Of a stretch of DNA of 64,000 nt, positions 27,706 through 38,737 are shown piece after piece. The stretch covers positions 1,152,001 through 1,216,000 of the forward strand of contig OZ244999.1 of assembly GCA_965223265.1 (NCBI GenBank). Reading direction: 5' to 3'. Below the pieces are notes generated by a model. That model was given only the letters and a program-made list of their open reading frames with translations. It searched no databases and had not been told where the DNA came from. Each line of letters opens with the position of its first letter. The first letter of the stretch is position 1. Position numbers and translations under genes: made by a program. The DNA is from Planctomycetota bacterium. GTDB lineage: Bacteria; Planctomycetota; UBA8108; SXIK01.

Positions 27706-28419
27706 ATGACGACGCTACCACGCACTATACTCTTTGACCTAGACGACACGCTATTGCGCTTCGGCGCCGGCGGCGAGGGTCTTTGGCGCGAGGTGGCGAC
27801 GCCCTTTGCTCCGCGTTTGGGCGTCGCCGTCGAAGTGCTCGTCGCCGCGCTCGACGCGAGTCGGTCGGCGTTCTGGGGCCAGCCGGCAAACGACGCGCGT
27901 GGTCGCCTGGACATGATCAACGCGCGACGCGAGATCGTCGCGGACGCGTTGGTGGCTTTGGGCGTGAGCGCGACGACGCTCGGCCACGAGCTCGCCGACA
28001 CCTTGACGTGGGAGCGCGAAGCGCGCGTCGCTCCCTTCCCCGGCGCCGTCGAGACACTGCAGGCGCTCCGCTCGCGCGGTCACAGCCTCGGGCTCCTCAC
28101 CAATGGGTCTCGCGAGTTCCAACGTGGTAAGATCGAGCGCTTCGACTTGGCACCGCTTTTCGACATCATTCTCATCGAGGGCGAGATAGGCTTCGGCAAG
28201 CCGGACGCACGCGTGTTTGAGCGAGCGCTCAAGGCCACCGGCTCAGCGCCGCGCGAGGCCTGGATGGTGGGGGACAACCTCCGCGCCGACATTGCCGGAG
28301 CTCGAGCATTGGGTATCGGTGGTGTCTGGGTCGACTCGCAAGGGCATGGATTACCAGCGGATCCCCCAACCCAACCCGACCGCATCGTGCGAGCGGTTGC
28401 GGAGCTGTTGCGGGAGTGA
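27706..28419 (+). CDS. HAD-superfamily hydrolase (YjjG-like)
   Basis: FDLDDT, LTNG, GKPD and MVGDNLRADIAGA. Confidence 0.9.
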   Translation: MTTLPRTILFDLDDTLLRFGAGGEGLWREVATPFAPRLGVAVEVLVAALDASRSAFWGQPANDARGRLDMINARREIVADALVALGVSATTLGHELADTLTWEREARVAPFPGAVETLQALRSRGHSLGLLTNGSREFQRGKIERFDLAPLFDIILIEGEIGFGKPDARVFERALKATGSAPREAWMVGDNLRADIAGARALGIGGVWVDSQGHGLPADPPTQPDRIVRAVAELLRE

Positions 28420-28690
28420 GTCCGCCTTTCGCGGTCTGACCGTTCTCTTAAAAGTTTTGGCGACGCTGCAGAGTCTTTTTGCCGCGATAGCCTCGCTCGG
28501 TAAAATGAATCCTCCATGCGAACCATCGCCACTCTCTCGCTTGTTTTGATCGCTGTCGGTTGTCACGTTGCACGACGTCAGCCGAACGGCGAGTCGTCTG
28601 TCGACAGACGGCGTAACGATCGTGCGTCTCGGCTCGACGCTCTACGACGAAACCGGTTGACGTCGTAGTTAGCCGGCAGTGGGAACTGGA

Positions 28691-29926
28691 ATGATGCAGC
28701 AGAAACTCTCTATAGCGATCGTGCTGTGGCTCATGCTTTCGAGCTTGGGGTGTGGGTCGGGAGACCCAACGCCACGCGGTACGGAAACGCCATCGCTCGA
28801 ACCGCGAGGTACAGAGGTGCCGCCCAAGCGTGCGCCGCCGCCGCGCCCCACGCCATCTCGAGCCGTCGAGGAAGCGGTAAACGACCTCGACTCAGACGAC
28901 AAAAACGTACGTGTCAATGCGCTCCGGGACCTCGCTCTCCACGGCGAGGTGGCCCGCGAGGTGGTGCCACGCCTCGTGGACATGGTCGAGACCCAGGGTC
29001 CACAGCAGCACGAACGGCTCCTTGCCCTGCGCGCGATCGGTAAAATCGGTGGACATGGTGATCGGGTTTTGCCACTCCTCGTCGATTTGATCAAAAGCGA
29101 GAATAGTCAGATCTTCATTGAAGCGACCAGGGCCTTGGGGATCTACGGCACCTCCGCAACGACGGCGGTCGAGCCACTCATGGCGACCATCGATCGCGGC
29201 GATTCGACATATGCTGAGGTGGTCGGCGAAACACTCGGGAAGATCACTGATGACCCGGTGTCAGAGCTGCTCAAGCGACTCGAAGACCCCAACTTCTACG
29301 TGCGCAGTCACGTCGGGGTTGCTCTCGCCATGTTTTCGACGGAAGCCTATCCGCCTTTGCGTGCACGGCTGGACTCATCTGCCGCGAAGACTCGTGCGAC
29401 AGCCGCCGAGGCGCTTCGGGGCTTCGGCAACCACGCCACCGGTGCTGTCGAGCGACTTATTGAGCTGATCGACGACTCGGATCCGGAGGTCCGTGCGCAA
29501 GCCCTGTGGGCCCTCTCGAACATCGATCCCCACCAGAAGAAGCTGGTGCCAAGGCTTCGTCGACTGCTGCGCGAAGAGAAGGAACGCAAGCCGTACTTCG
29601 GCACGGTTACCCTCTTGGGGGCGATGGGACCACTAGCCGAACCGGCACTGCCGGAGCTGATCGACGCACTAAGGTTACCTCTCATGCGCGCAGAGGCGCG
29701 ACACGGTGTGGAGAGCGCGCTGCGCAGCATCGGTGAGCCGGCGATTCCAGCACTTGTTGACGCTCTCGACGATCCCTTCCGCGCCCAGGGCGCTTGTGCC
29801 GTCTTAGGTTCCATGGGCGCTAGGGCAAAGGGTGCCGTGAAAGCTCTCGAGAAAACGGTGGAAACGACTGACGATCCGCGGTTGCGCGGTGCAGCCGAAA
29901 GCGCATTAAGCAGAATCGAACGATAA
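28691..29926 (+). CDS. HEAT-repeat lipoprotein
   Basis: Lipobox SLGC, a Pro-rich linker and repeated VR..A..ALG.IG...A.P.L units. Confidence 0.85.
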   Translation: MMQQKLSIAIVLWLMLSSLGCGSGDPTPRGTETPSLEPRGTEVPPKRAPPPRPTPSRAVEEAVNDLDSDDKNVRVNALRDLALHGEVAREVVPRLVDMVETQGPQQHERLLALRAIGKIGGHGDRVLPLLVDLIKSENSQIFIEATRALGIYGTSATTAVEPLMATIDRGDSTYAEVVGETLGKITDDPVSELLKRLEDPNFYVRSHVGVALAMFSTEAYPPLRARLDSSAAKTRATAAEALRGFGNHATGAVERLIELIDDSDPEVRAQALWALSNIDPHQKKLVPRLRRLLREEKERKPYFGTVTLLGAMGPLAEPALPELIDALRLPLMRAEARHGVESALRSIGEPAIPALVDALDDPFRAQGACAVLGSMGARAKGAVKALEKTVETTDDPRLRGAAESALSRIER

Positions 29927-30138
29927 GTCGCGATCGCACGTTGCGCACCTCAACGTCTTCGACACGCCGCTCCCCGCGAAGGGCAACGACTCCTGTGTGG
30001 CGAGAATCGACGTGCCTCACTGTTGCGATTCGCCGACTCTGCGTCTGCGAGTTCATGGTACGATGCAGTCCAATGGCCGCGCAGTCGAATGGCTGTACAG
30101 TCGAATGGCGGCGCAGTCCGGTGGCCACAAACAGGAGA

Positions 30139-32346
30139 ATGCGAAACGTGCCAGCGAAATCGATGCGCGGGCTAATTCACCTCGCCCTTGCGACGGGTCT
30201 TGCAGGTTCGGTGCGTGCGGGCGACGACGCGGCGATCCACTGGTCATTCCAGACGCCGGTCCGCCCGGCGGTCCCGGCCAGCGAGGGACTGAAACACGGC
30301 GATCGAGTCAGCCATCCGATCGACGCTTTCGTGCTCGCGAAGCTACAGGAGAACGGACTCGAGCCGGCGCCACTCGCTGACAAACTCATCCTGGTTCGCC
30401 GCGCCTATTTCGATCTCCTTGGACTGCCGCCTTCGCCTGAGCAGGTCGACAAGTTCCTCGAGGACTCATCGCCTGGCGCCTGGGCGAGCCTCATCGATGA
30501 ACTGCTGGATTCGAAACACTACGGCGAACGCTGGGCTCGCCATTGGCTGGACGTGGCGCGCTACGCAGACTCGGGTGGATTCGAGAGCGACGTCGCGTAC
30601 CCCAATGCCTGGCGGTACCGAGACTACGTCGTGCGTTCGTTCAACAGCGACAAGCCCTACGACCTCTTCGTCAAGGAGCAAATCGCCGGTGACGAGATCT
30701 GGCCGGACAACCGGGATCTCGACCCCAAGCGAGTCTACATCCTGTCCGACAAAAAAAAGCGGCACCTCGAAGCGCGGATTGGTACAGGGCTCTATGGACT
30801 CGGGCCGCGAGTTCCCGAATCGACGCTCGATGCGCGCCGCTTGCACTACGAGACCCTCACCGATTGGGCCGACACCACCGGTTCGGTGTTTCTGGGGCTG
30901 ACTCTTCAATGCGCCCGCTGCCACGACCACAAATTCGATCCTGTGACACAGGAAGACTATTTCGCTCTGCAGGCGATCTTCAGCAGCAGCATCGAAGTGG
31001 AGGAGCCGATCATATCTCCCGTCGAGATCGTCTCCTGGCAGGATCGCTATCCTCTCATCGTCCAAGTCCACGAAGCCCGCCTCGCCTACAAGCATTTCCG
31101 CGAGCAAACTAGGAGCGGCGAACTGTCGGAGGAGGAACGGACAGAGGAGAAGCGGCTTCGTGATAGGATCGTGGATGGAGTCATGGCGCTCGACGACGTC
31201 AACATCTCCGTGCCAAGAACCCCGTTCGATCCGCTCATGCGTATTCCAAAGGCGACGACTCTCGGGCACGAACGACCAGAACTCATCAAAGCGGTGCACC
31301 TTCTCGAGCGCGGCGAGCTGTACCGACCTCTGCGAGAGATCAAACCGGCCCTCCCCGCGTCACTGGCGAGCACAACGAATCGGCGCAAGGAAGTGACGGG
31401 GCCCTACGGCAGTCGCAAAGAACTGGCCCTCTGGCTGACGCGAACGGACCATCCACTCACCGCTCGCGTGATGGTCAACAGAATCTGGCAATGGCACTTT
31501 GGGCAAGGCATCGTGGCGACCGCGAATGATTTCGGCGAACACGGCGCGCGGCCGACGCATCCGGCGCTTCTGGACTGGTTGGCGACCGAGTTCGTTGCGG
31601 GTGGCTGGAGCATCAAGAAGCTGCACCGGTTGATCATGACGTCGAGCACCTACCGCATGACCAGTCGCTTCTCGACCGACGAGCACCAACGGCTTGACCC
31701 GGAGAACCGATACCTGTGGAGAATGAATCGGCGGCGACTGGAAGGGGAGGCGCTTTGGGACGCCGTTCACTCGACAGCCGGCACGATCAACCTCGAGATC
31801 GGCGGCCGCCCCGTCATGCCGCCGCTCGCCGAAGATGAGATCGCTGCCCTCCGCGTGAAAACGCATTGGCCTGTCTCCGGCGATCCCTCCCAGCACACTC
31901 GACGCGGGCTATACATCTTGGTCTTGAGAAACTTTCGCTTTCCGATGTTTGACGTCTTTGACGCACCGGTGTCGTCGGTGAGCTGTCCGCAGCGTGACGT
32001 GACGACCGTGGCACCCCAGGCGCTGTTCGGCCTGAACAGTCCATCGGTGTACCGGCAAGCCAAGCAACTAGCCGGCCGCGTCGTGAAGGAGGCGGGCGGC
32101 GGTCCCGACGACTGGATGGAACGACTCTGGAAGATTGCGTTGGCACGCCCGATCGCGCGTGACGAGAAGAAGGAGGCGCTCGGCCTGTTCGATTCGCTTG
32201 TCGCGGCGCAAAACGAAGAGCAGATCCGAGAAACACTCCGAGAGTCTCCGGAGCACCTCGCCGCGATTCCATCGGCTCAGGCGGCGGCGCTCGTGAAGCT
32301 CTGCCTCGCCGTTTACAATCTGAACGAGTTCGCATTCGTTCACTGA
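30139..32346 (+). CDS. Planctomycete DUF1549/DUF1553 (PSD1) cytochrome-like protein
   Basis: HWSF, RRAYFDLLGLPP, YGERWARHWLDVARYADS, CARCHDHKFDP, ARVMVNRIWQWHFG and PTHPALLDWLA. Confidence 0.92.
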   Translation: MRNVPAKSMRGLIHLALATGLAGSVRAGDDAAIHWSFQTPVRPAVPASEGLKHGDRVSHPIDAFVLAKLQENGLEPAPLADKLILVRRAYFDLLGLPPSPEQVDKFLEDSSPGAWASLIDELLDSKHYGERWARHWLDVARYADSGGFESDVAYPNAWRYRDYVVRSFNSDKPYDLFVKEQIAGDEIWPDNRDLDPKRVYILSDKKKRHLEARIGTGLYGLGPRVPESTLDARRLHYETLTDWADTTGSVFLGLTLQCARCHDHKFDPVTQEDYFALQAIFSSSIEVEEPIISPVEIVSWQDRYPLIVQVHEARLAYKHFREQTRSGELSEEERTEEKRLRDRIVDGVMALDDVNISVPRTPFDPLMRIPKATTLGHERPELIKAVHLLERGELYRPLREIKPALPASLASTTNRRKEVTGPYGSRKELALWLTRTDHPLTARVMVNRIWQWHFGQGIVATANDFGEHGARPTHPALLDWLATEFVAGGWSIKKLHRLIMTSSTYRMTSRFSTDEHQRLDPENRYLWRMNRRRLEGEALWDAVHSTAGTINLEIGGRPVMPPLAEDEIAALRVKTHWPVSGDPSQHTRRGLYILVLRNFRFPMFDVFDAPVSSVSCPQRDVTTVAPQALFGLNSPSVYRQAKQLAGRVVKEAGGGPDDWMERLWKIALARPIARDEKKEALGLFDSLVAAQNEEQIRETLRESPEHLAAIPSAQAAALVKLCLAVYNLNEFAFVH

Positions 32347-32368
32347 ATCCGAGGGAGAATCCCACACG

Positions 32369-33769
32369 ATGGAAACGAGCTGCTGCCGAGGCTTTACACC
32401 GGTGCGATCTCGTCGCGATTTTCTGAGAACCTTTGGTCTCGGGCTCGGCTCCATGGCGCTCGGAGATCTCCTGCTTCGCGACCGCCGGGCTCTCGGGGAG
32501 AGTTCGCCGCCGGCGACAGCAAAGAGCGTCATCTTCCTCTTCATGCAGGGCGGGCCGAGTCACCTCGAGACCTTCGATCCCAAGCCAGAAATGAGGAAGT
32601 ACGACGGACAGTTGCTTCCCGAGAGCCTGCGCGATTACGACCTGGCTCAGATCAATACGGCCGACGCGAAGATCATGGCACCGAGCTTTCCATTCAAGCG
32701 GTATGGAGAATCAGGCGTCGCGGTCTCGAGTATCTTCCCCGAACTGTCGAGGCACGCCGACAAACTGGCTGTGATCCGATCGTGCTATCACGACCTGTTC
32801 ATCCACGGTTCAGCCTTGACCCTGATGCATTCGGGAACCCAGCTGATGGGTCATCCGAGTGTCGGTTCGTGGGTCGTCTACGGTCTGGGTTCCGAGACTG
32901 ACGAGCTGCCGGCCTACATCGCTATGACCGATGGGATCTTCCGCAACGGGACGACAACCTTCAGTTCGGGTTTCTTGCCGGCGGTCTATCAGGGGACTTA
33001 CGTCCGCAGCGAAGGTGTGCCGATCCAGAACCTCCAGCGCCCTGCCGGGCTAGACGCAACGCAACAGCGGTTGATCCTGGACCAGATCAACCGCTGGAAT
33101 CGCCGCTATCGCGGCGGAGCACCCGGCGATAGCCGGCTCGATGCTCGGATCGCCAACTACGAACTTGCTTTCCGCATGCAGTCGGCGGCGCCGGAGCTCG
33201 TCGACGCGTCCGGGGAGACGAACGCGACGCGGGAGCTGTATGGTTTAACACAGGAACCTTCTCGAACGTTCGGAAGCATGTGCTTGCTTGCGCGACGGAT
33301 GGTGGAGCGTGGCGTGCGCTACATCCACTTGGTCAGTAACGGCTGGGACGCGCACGGCGGTTGCAAGCGAAACCACGAAGCGCGCGCCAGTAAGGTCGAC
33401 CGACCGATCGCTGGCCTGATCGCAGACTTGGAGCAGCGTGGTCTCCTGGACAGTACACTTCTCGTTTGGGGGGGCGAGTTCGGACGCACGCCGATTAGAC
33501 AGGGCAGTGATGGACGGGACCATCATCCGTACGGCTTCAGCATGTGGATGGCCGGCGGCGGGATCAAGGGTGGCCAGGTCATTGGCGCCACCGACGACTT
33601 CGGCTTCCACGCCGTCGAAGACAAGGTGCACGTCAATGACGTGCATGCGACGATGTTGTCACTGCTCGGACTGGACCACGAGAAGCTCACCTATCTGTTC
33701 GAAGGCCGCGAACGCCGGCTGACCGACGTCGGCGGCGGCAATGATCTGTCGGAGCGTCTGACGACATAG
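32369..33769 (+). CDS. DUF1501 protein (Tat-exported)
   Basis: SRRDFL, FLFMQGGPSHLETFDPKP, YELAFRMQ, GEFGRTP and GRDHHP. Confidence 0.93.
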   Translation: METSCCRGFTPVRSRRDFLRTFGLGLGSMALGDLLLRDRRALGESSPPATAKSVIFLFMQGGPSHLETFDPKPEMRKYDGQLLPESLRDYDLAQINTADAKIMAPSFPFKRYGESGVAVSSIFPELSRHADKLAVIRSCYHDLFIHGSALTLMHSGTQLMGHPSVGSWVVYGLGSETDELPAYIAMTDGIFRNGTTTFSSGFLPAVYQGTYVRSEGVPIQNLQRPAGLDATQQRLILDQINRWNRRYRGGAPGDSRLDARIANYELAFRMQSAAPELVDASGETNATRELYGLTQEPSRTFGSMCLLARRMVERGVRYIHLVSNGWDAHGGCKRNHEARASKVDRPIAGLIADLEQRGLLDSTLLVWGGEFGRTPIRQGSDGRDHHPYGFSMWMAGGGIKGGQVIGATDDFGFHAVEDKVHVNDVHATMLSLLGLDHEKLTYLFEGRERRLTDVGGGNDLSERLTT

Positions 33770-33818
33770 CCCTGTAGGCGGGTCCCTCACCGACCAGAAC
33801 AACCCACGGAGATATGAC

Positions 33819-36800
33819 GTGAAGAACGTCGTTGTGCTCGCGCTCCTCTGCGTGAGCTTTTTTTTCTCTGCACTCACATCCAGTGTTTCCGGCGTTGAAG
33901 CCGCGGAGCGCGCCCCGGTCCGTGCACTCTTTCTGGGGGACAATCGCAGCCACCGTCCGCGCGAGCGGGCCGACCAGCTTCTCCCCGTGCTTCAAGCGCG
34001 TGGGATCGACGTGACGTACACCGAGAGCCTTGGCGCTCTCCGTCCGAAGAGACTCGCCGGCTACGACTGCCTCATCGTCTTCGCCAACCACCCCGAGATT
34101 ACGCCGGCGCAAGAAGATGCGCTGCTCGACTATGTGGCGAGTGGTGGGGGATTCGTGCCGATCCACTGCGCCTCGTATTGCTTTCTCAACTCGCCTCGAT
34201 ACATCGCGCTCGTCGGTGGCCAGTTCAAGAGTCACGGCAGAGAGGTCTTTCGCGCCGAGATCATCGCGCCTGAGCATCCCGTGATGAAAGGTTTTCGCGA
34301 GTTCGAGACGTGGGATGAGTCCTATGTCCACACCAAGCACAACGAGGATCGCGTCGTCCTCATGGAGCGACCGAAGGGCGATCACCGCGAGCCGTACACG
34401 TGGGTCCGCACCCATGGGAAGGGGCGTGTGTTCTATACGGCTTACGGTCACGACCATCGCACATGGTCTCACCCAGCGTTCCACCAACTCATCGAGCGCG
34501 GCATCCGCTGGGTCGTCGAGTCGAAACGCTCGCTCGAGCCGCCGCCGGCAGGGCTGCCATCGTTCGAATACAAGGAAGAGAAGATCGCCTTCTATCCGCC
34601 CGGCCAAGGGCGACGGGGAGACGGCGTCTGGAATCGCATGCAGCTGCCTCTCGAGCCGCTCGCGTCGCAGCGACACCTGCGGCTTCCACCCGGGTTTCGC
34701 GCCGAGCTCTTTACGTCCGAGCCGGACATCGTCAAACCGATGGCGATGGCCTGGGACGCCCGCGGGCGACTGTGGATCTGCGAATCCACTGACTACCCGA
34801 ACGACTTGCAGCGCCGGGGCGAAGGCAACGATCGCATCAAGATCTGTGAAGATCGCGACGGTGACGGCGTCGCCGAGACCTTCACGACGTTCGCCGACAA
34901 GCTCAGCATCCCGACGAGTCTGACGTTCTCTAACGGCGGTGTGCTCGTGGCGCAGCCTCCCGACATGCTGTTTCTCGCGGACACCGACGGCGACGATCGG
35001 GCTGACGTGCGCAGGGTCTTGTTCACGGGCTTTCGGGTGTACGACACGCACGCCGGTCCGAACAACCTGCGTTGGGGGCCCGACAACTGGATCTGGGGCA
35101 CGATTGGCTACGCAGGCTTTGACGGAGAGGTCGGCGGCGAAAAGCTGGACTTTCGCAATGGCTTCTTTCGGATGCGACCGGACGGCTCGAAGCTCGAGTT
35201 TCTGCGCTCGACGACTAACAATACGTGGGGGTTTGGGTTCAGCGAAGAGGGCTTCGCGTTCGCGTCGACCGCGAACAACGATCCTTCCGTCTTCCTGCCC
35301 ATCGTGAACCGGTACTACGACGCAGTCGAGGGGATGACGCCGCAGCGTCTCCAGTCCATCGCCGACGACCTGTCGTTCTATCCGGTCACGGACAAAGTGC
35401 GACAGGTAGACTGGCACGGCCGCTACACGGCGGCCGCGGGTCACGCACTCTACACCGCCAGGAGCTTTCCCCCGGAGTATTGGAACCGCGCGGCGTTCGT
35501 CACCGGCCCGACCGGTCACCTTGTCGGCGAGTTCGTGCTCGAGCGTCGCGGTAGCGAGTTCGTTGCTCGCAATCGAGAGAGTTTTCTGGCGAGCGACGAT
35601 GAGTGGACTGCGCCGATCATGGCGGAAGTCGGCCCGGACGGCGCGCTATGGGTCATCGATTGGTACAACTACATCGTCCAGCACAACCCAACCCCCTACG
35701 GCTACGAGCGGGGGAAAGGGAGGGCATACGTGACGCCGCTTCGCGACAAACAGCGAGGTCGAATCTATCGCGTCGTGCACGAAAACGCTGAGAGGTACGA
35801 ACCCGCGAGTCTTGAGGGGGCGTCGAGCGCTGAGCTCGTCGCGGCGCTGTCCCACGACAACCAGCTGTGGCGCATGACGGCTCAGCGCCTACTCGTCGAG
35901 CGCGGAGATGCCGCGTTCGCTGGAGCCCTGGCCGAGCGCGTCCGCAATCGCGACGTCGATGCCACTGGACTGAACGTCGGCGCGATGCACTCACTTTGGG
36001 CGCTTCAGGGTCTTGGTCTACTCGGCGGGCAGCACCCGGAAGCAAACGCCGTCGCCGTGGAAGCGCTCTCGCATCCCGCCGCCGGCGTTCGCCGAGCTGC
36101 CGTTCAAGTGCTGCCGCGCACCGAGTTCGGTCTGGGCGCGCTCCTCGCAGCGAAGAAACTGGACGATTCGGACGCACACGTCCGCCTCGAGACATTTCTG
36201 GCGCTCTCGGAGATGCCGACGACCGTGGGCGTGGGCCCGGCGATTTTCGCTGCCCTCAACGAGCGCCGAAACTTCGACGATCGTTGGATCCCAGACGCTG
36301 GAACGTCCGCTGCGCTCCGCCACGCGCGTGGGTTTCTCGACGCCACGCTCGCAGGAGACGCAGCGCACCCGTCTCTCGCCACCGTCGTTCGTCTGGTCAC
36401 GGCCAACTACATTCGTGAGGCTCGGTTCGAAGACGCGATCGTTCTCCTTGAGACGATGACGGATGCCGACGATGCCATCCGCGGCGCCGTTTTCGATGGA
36501 CTTGCTCTTGGATGGCCACGCGAGCGGCACGTCCGACTCACCGAGTCGCACCTCGAGATCCTCGAGAAGCTTTTCGCGGATCTGCCGACGTCCGGGCGTG
36601 ATTACGTGATCGCCTTCGCGCGGGCCGTGGGGAATCGCGAACTCTTCGGCGACGCGATCTCTGACTCGAGGAAATACCTCGCCTCGATCATCGCCGATCC
36701 CAAGCTCGAGAACGCATCGCGGATCGAAGCGGCGGCTCGAATGATCCGTGCGGATGACAGCACCGATTCAATCCGCACGATTCTTGAGCAAGTGGGGCCA

Positions 36801-37568
36801 CAGGTACCACCGCGTCTCGCACGCGGTATCTTCCAGGAGATCGGCGACAGCCGGCTCGCGGAGACGGGGGCGATCATCACTGAGCATTGGGATCGCGTCA
36901 CGCCACGGACCCGCAGCACGGCGATCTCGATCTTGCTACGGCGACCGGCGTGGACAGGCGCGCTCTTGAGGGCGACCGAGCAAGGTGCGCTCGACAAGAG
37001 CGACATCGGCGATAGCGCCTGGCAGCGGATTCTCGATCACCCCGACGAAGAGATCCGCGACCTCGGAAAGAAACTCGTCGGTCGAGAAGGCATCCCAGAT
37101 CCGGATCGAGACAAGGTGTATCGTGAGCTCCTTCCGGTCGTCGGTCTGCCGGGAGACATCGCCAAGGGAAAGGAAATCTTCCACACCAAGTGTTCGCCGT
37201 GTCACAAGGTCAAGGGCGAAGGAGGGAGCGCCGGTCCTGATCTGACGAATGTCAACGGGCGGTCGAGCAAGGATGTGCTCCTCGAGATCATCGATCCGAA
37301 CCGCTCCGTCGAGGGCAACTACCGTCAATGGACAGCGATCACTCGCGACGGCGCGATCCTGAACGGCCTCTTGGCATCCGAGACGAGGACGACGGTCGAG
37401 ATCATCGATGCGACGGGGCAGCGTCATGCGATCGAACGCCGGCGGATCGAGCAGCTCGTGTCGTCGAAGCTTTCGCTCATGCCGATCGGACTCGAGAAGG
37501 ACCTCTCGCGGGAGGATTTGGCGTCGCTCCTCGAGTACCTGGCGAGCATGGAGGTCGCGGACGAGTAG
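33819..37568 (+). CDS. PVC-type heme-binding membrane dehydrogenase with an N-terminal ThuA-like domain
   Basis: Signal peptide, ThuA-like GGGFVPIH...GKGRVFYTAYGH, propeller WDARGRLW/DTHAGPN/GPDGALWVIDWY, HEAT region and C-terminal CSPCH...GPDL...SLMP. Confidence 0.92.
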   Translation: MKNVVVLALLCVSFFFSALTSSVSGVEAAERAPVRALFLGDNRSHRPRERADQLLPVLQARGIDVTYTESLGALRPKRLAGYDCLIVFANHPEITPAQEDALLDYVASGGGFVPIHCASYCFLNSPRYIALVGGQFKSHGREVFRAEIIAPEHPVMKGFREFETWDESYVHTKHNEDRVVLMERPKGDHREPYTWVRTHGKGRVFYTAYGHDHRTWSHPAFHQLIERGIRWVVESKRSLEPPPAGLPSFEYKEEKIAFYPPGQGRRGDGVWNRMQLPLEPLASQRHLRLPPGFRAELFTSEPDIVKPMAMAWDARGRLWICESTDYPNDLQRRGEGNDRIKICEDRDGDGVAETFTTFADKLSIPTSLTFSNGGVLVAQPPDMLFLADTDGDDRADVRRVLFTGFRVYDTHAGPNNLRWGPDNWIWGTIGYAGFDGEVGGEKLDFRNGFFRMRPDGSKLEFLRSTTNNTWGFGFSEEGFAFASTANNDPSVFLPIVNRYYDAVEGMTPQRLQSIADDLSFYPVTDKVRQVDWHGRYTAAAGHALYTARSFPPEYWNRAAFVTGPTGHLVGEFVLERRGSEFVARNRESFLASDDEWTAPIMAEVGPDGALWVIDWYNYIVQHNPTPYGYERGKGRAYVTPLRDKQRGRIYRVVHENAERYEPASLEGASSAELVAALSHDNQLWRMTAQRLLVERGDAAFAGALAERVRNRDVDATGLNVGAMHSLWALQGLGLLGGQHPEANAVAVEALSHPAAGVRRAAVQVLPRTEFGLGALLAAKKLDDSDAHVRLETFLALSEMPTTVGVGPAIFAALNERRNFDDRWIPDAGTSAALRHARGFLDATLAGDAAHPSLATVVRLVTANYIREARFEDAIVLLETMTDADDAIRGAVFDGLALGWPRERHVRLTESHLEILEKLFADLPTSGRDYVIAFARAVGNRELFGDAISDSRKYLASIIADPKLENASRIEAAARMIRADDSTDSIRTILEQVGPQVPPRLARGIFQEIGDSRLAETGAIITEHWDRVTPRTRSTAISILLRRPAWTGALLRATEQGALDKSDIGDSAWQRILDHPDEEIRDLGKKLVGREGIPDPDRDKVYRELLPVVGLPGDIAKGKEIFHTKCSPCHKVKGEGGSAGPDLTNVNGRSSKDVLLEIIDPNRSVEGNYRQWTAITRDGAILNGLLASETRTTVEIIDATGQRHAIERRRIEQLVSSKLSLMPIGLEKDLSREDLASLLEYLASMEVADE

Positions 37569-37840
37569 GCGCGCACTCACTCCGTCGTTGTGAGGTGACG
37601 CGTCCTCGTCTCACGGTACTACGGGCTTCCCTGCCTGGAACGTGACGTCGCTCAGGAGTTTTCCGTCTGCCCCCGAGCGTCGCGTTCGGCCTTCGCACTT
37701 GTGATGGCGCCAGGTGGATTCGGTCTTCTTGTGACCCTCGCTCCAGACGTGGCTCCCATCCTCGGAGCGTCACGCTGTTCTTCGCTGCCACCGCAAGAAT
37801 CGGGTGGGAACGCGGCAGGGACATCGAGAAGAATGGGCGC

Positions 37841-38734
37841 ATGAGCGACTTCGAACGAATTGCGAGCGTGATCCGCTACCTCGACGAGCACCATGTCGAA
37901 CAGCCGAGTCTGTCATATCTCGCTGAACAGGTTGGATTGAGTCAGTTCCACTTCCAGCGACTCTTCAAGCATTGGGCAGGAGTCACTCCAAAGGACTTTC
38001 TCAAGTGCTTGACTCTGTCCGAAGCGAAGAGGGCTTTGCGCGCTGGTAGGAGCGTGCTCGACGCGGCATTGGATGTGGGACTCTCCGGACCGGGGCGCTT
38101 GCATGATCTGTGCGTCACCATGGAAGCGGCTTCTCCCGGCGAGGTGCGAACTCGCGGCGACGGGTGGACGATCAAAGCCGGCCTTGCCGAGAGCCCGTTC
38201 GGAAAGTGTCTCATCGGCGAAAGCCCGCGAGGGATTTGTCACTTGTCGTTCGTCGAGTCGGAAGATCGCGAGGCTCACGCGAGCGTGATTCAAACGGATT
38301 GGCCGCTCGCTCGAGTCGAATGGACGCGAGATGTCGCAGACGTCGTCGCGACTCTTTTTGATCACTCCGCCAACGCGAGTCCGCGGTCTTCCCTTCGGGT
38401 TTTTGTTCGTGGAACGAAGTTTCAAGTGCGTGTTTGGCGAGCTTTGCTGCGAGTCCCCAGGGGTACGTTAACGAGCTATGGGCGGATCGCCGAATCGCTT
38501 GGAGATCGTAGGTCGTCACGGGCTGTGGGCTCTGCCGTCGGGCAGAATCGGTTGGCGTACCTCATTCCATGCCATCGTGTGATCCGCGAGACGGGGATGT
38601 TCGGCGAGTACCGCTGGGGAACGACGCGCAAGAAGGCTATGATTGCTTGGGAACGCGCCGGTGGATCGACGCACATTGAGGAGGCGGCGTCCGCCGGTTC
38701 ACTGGAAGGCGTAGCTTCGCGCCGACGGAAATGA
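37841..38734 (+). CDS. AraC-HTH plus O6-methylguanine-DNA methyltransferase (Ada-like, lacking the N-terminal Zn domain)
   Basis: LSQFHFQRLF..WAGVTPK, GTKFQVRVW and active site IPCHRV. Confidence 0.9.
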   Translation: MSDFERIASVIRYLDEHHVEQPSLSYLAEQVGLSQFHFQRLFKHWAGVTPKDFLKCLTLSEAKRALRAGRSVLDAALDVGLSGPGRLHDLCVTMEAASPGEVRTRGDGWTIKAGLAESPFGKCLIGESPRGICHLSFVESEDREAHASVIQTDWPLARVEWTRDVADVVATLFDHSANASPRSSLRVFVRGTKFQVRVWRALLRVPRGTLTSYGRIAESLGDRRSSRAVGSAVGQNRLAYLIPCHRVIRETGMFGEYRWGTTRKKAMIAWERAGGSTHIEEAASAGSLEGVASRRRK

Positions 38735-38737
38735 CGC

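Noticed and set aside
33687-35519. Long antisense ORFs (also 4268-5401, 12372-13232 and 43313-44428)
   Set aside because: These are shadow frames of well-supported genes, expected in high-GC DNA.
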